A stretch of DNA of 64,000 nucleotides, from NCBI GenBank assembly GCA_043228905.1, contig JBHGNT010000010.1:18476001-18540000 (forward strand), read 5' to 3'. Under the pieces are notes generated by a model. The model was not told the DNA's origin. It ran no database searches and was given only the letters and a program-made list of their open reading frames with translations. Below, one piece after another: positions 62,219 to 64,000 of this stretch; position 1 is the stretch's first letter; each line of letters starts with the position of its first letter. A program made the translations under genes and the position numbers. The DNA is from Azolla caroliniana (Eukaryota > Plantae > Polypodiophyta).

Positions 62219-64000
62219 TGTTGCAGACGAGGTCGTCTATGCGGAAGATCAAGAAGCATTCGATTGTTGTTGAATACCTGCGTATGACAGTTTCTAGTCG
62301 TTGCACAGAGAGAGAGAGAGAGAGAGAGACACAAAAGACTTCTTATTCCACAAAGCAATAATACAACACCCAACCTTACAAAAAGGTTACAAGGTCACTA
62401 TATATAGTGACCGACTTAGGGCAACTACCCTTTATGCTAATTACACAAATGGCCCAAAGGGATAGTGTGAATACGTCCATTATACACTTGTATTCGACAC
62501 TCCCCCGTAATGGGCGTATACATGGGTTATCTGAGATTACAGGTATAGACTTGGGTTCTCGGACATATCAGCTTTGTTCGAGTCGGTAGGGTCCGAAGGC
62601 AGAAGACCGAACTGGTCGGGTCGGAACAGTTGAAGCCGATCATTAAGGAACTGATGTCGGTTGTCGGGAACCATCCTGCTCTGTGTCCGGCTCTAACCGG
62701 ACTGGTTTGTCGTTACGCCCATCTGATGCCGAAGATGTGTCGTGCCGGACCGAGGTCCTTCATGGCAAACTTCAACCGCCGTTGCCGAATGAGATCGGCA
62801 AGTTCGCCCGCGTGGCGTCCAGAAATTAGCATGTCGTCCACGTAAATGATGAGGAAGATGGGTGATCCATCTTGAGCTGTGTTGGTGAAGAGACAATGGT
62901 CCTCATCGCTTTTGGAGAAGCCGATCGATTGGATGAAGTCGTCGAACTTCTTGTACCATTGTCGTGGTGCCTGTTTGAGGCCGTATAGACTCTTCCTGAG
63001 TCGGCAGACTAGATGTTCTTGGCCAGTTGCCACGAAGCCTTTTGGCTGCTCCATATAAATTTCCTCGTCAAGATCACCATGGAGGAAGGCTGTTTTGACA
63101 TCTAGCTGAATCAGCTCCAAGTTGTCGGCTGCCACTACGCCGAGCAGAAAACGAAGGGTTGTCATTTTCACCACTGGTGAAAAAATCTCGTCGAAGTCGA
63201 CGCCATATTCTTGTCGGAAGCCCTTCGCAACTAATCTGGCCTTGTACTTTGGGGTGGTCGAATCAGACGTCTCTTTTAGTCGATAAACCCACTTGCAAGG
63301 AAGAGCACGTCGGTTCCTAGGTAATTCGACCAGATCCCAAGTCTTGTTTGCCCGAATGGAGTGCATTTCCGACTCCATCGCCAGATGCCAGGTGGCGGAA
63401 TCGACAGATGTCGATGCTTCTTCGTAAGACGTCGGTTCGCCGGCGTCGGTGAAGAAAATTCCAGGAGAATACCTCTCCGGAGGTTGCGACAGTCTCTCGG
63501 ATCGTCGAGGTATGATTGGACTGGTCGCATCGGGTATCGAGGTCGGATGGTCCGAAACCGAATCATTCGGCTGTGCCGAGTCAGAGTTGTCCGAGTCGGT
63601 AGTGTAAGGTTCAGCTACCCGTGAAGCTGACCGTGTGTTGAGAGCGGGGCCTTCTTGAAGGGTCGGCACATCGGAAAATGTTACCCTTCGGACTTCGACC
63701 GGTTTTTCGACTGATGGATTCATAGCCGACTCGTTGAACACAACGTCCGAACTTCGGACGATTTGTCTGCGTTCGGGGTCCCAGAGTCGGTATCCCATTT
63801 CGCCGTCTGATCCATATCCAAGGAAAATGCATTTCCTGGACCGAGGTGCAAGTTTTCGGCGATCATCTTTCGGAATAAGGGCGTACGCCTCGCATCCGAA
63901 GATCCTCAGCTTGTCGTAATTCGGCTTACTGCCGATCCATAGTTCCTGAGGAATTTGAAGTCCTAGAGGTCTACTTGGCGACATATTGATTATGTGTATT
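62219..64000 (-). mobile_element. Copia element I (family of H): integrase C-terminus, RT, RNase H deleted, PPT and 3' LTR 62219-62499; continues beyond the window
   Basis: KCIFLGY, ALPCKWVY, QLDVKTAFLHG, IYVDDML, then MKDLGPARHIFGIR with an abrupt end. Minus-strand PPT GGGGGAG precedes the LTR TGTCGAA...TGCAACA. Confidence 0.92.

Overview
Eukaryotic land-plant nuclear DNA. A seed-free vascular plant such as a fern is my best guess, inferred from gene and TE style and not proven. The first ~34 kb is AT-rich and genic, with three intron-containing genes that I reconstructed by hand from GT-AG junctions and reading frame: (i) the first four exons of a DUF2232-like membrane-protein gene (minus strand, running off the left edge); (ii) a complete 15-exon VPS16/VACUOLELESS1 gene (plus strand, ~849 aa); (iii) a complete 7-exon CPSF30 gene (minus strand, three CCCH fingers plus YTH, ~737 aa, with an in-frame stop just inside intron 2 that allows a short isoform). 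The introns and intergenic DNA carry a solo LTR, a hAT MITE, MULE-like MITEs, LINE remnants and local tandem duplications. From 34304 to the end is a deeply nested stack of at least 10 LTR-retrotransposon pieces: Gypsy elements with tRNA-Trp or probable tRNA-Arg primer sites, and Copia elements. Two Copia copies are structurally complete with TSDs, but none has an intact polyprotein. The most notable observations are a 17-unit TTAGGG/TCAGGG array upstream of CPSF30, a 62-bp duplication that swaps the VPS16 stop codon without changing the protein, a coiled-coil extra ORF in a Gypsy element, a three-knuckle Gag, and mismatched U3 regions in the two LTRs of one TSD-flanked Copia. No CRISPR arrays, rRNA or tRNA genes were seen.
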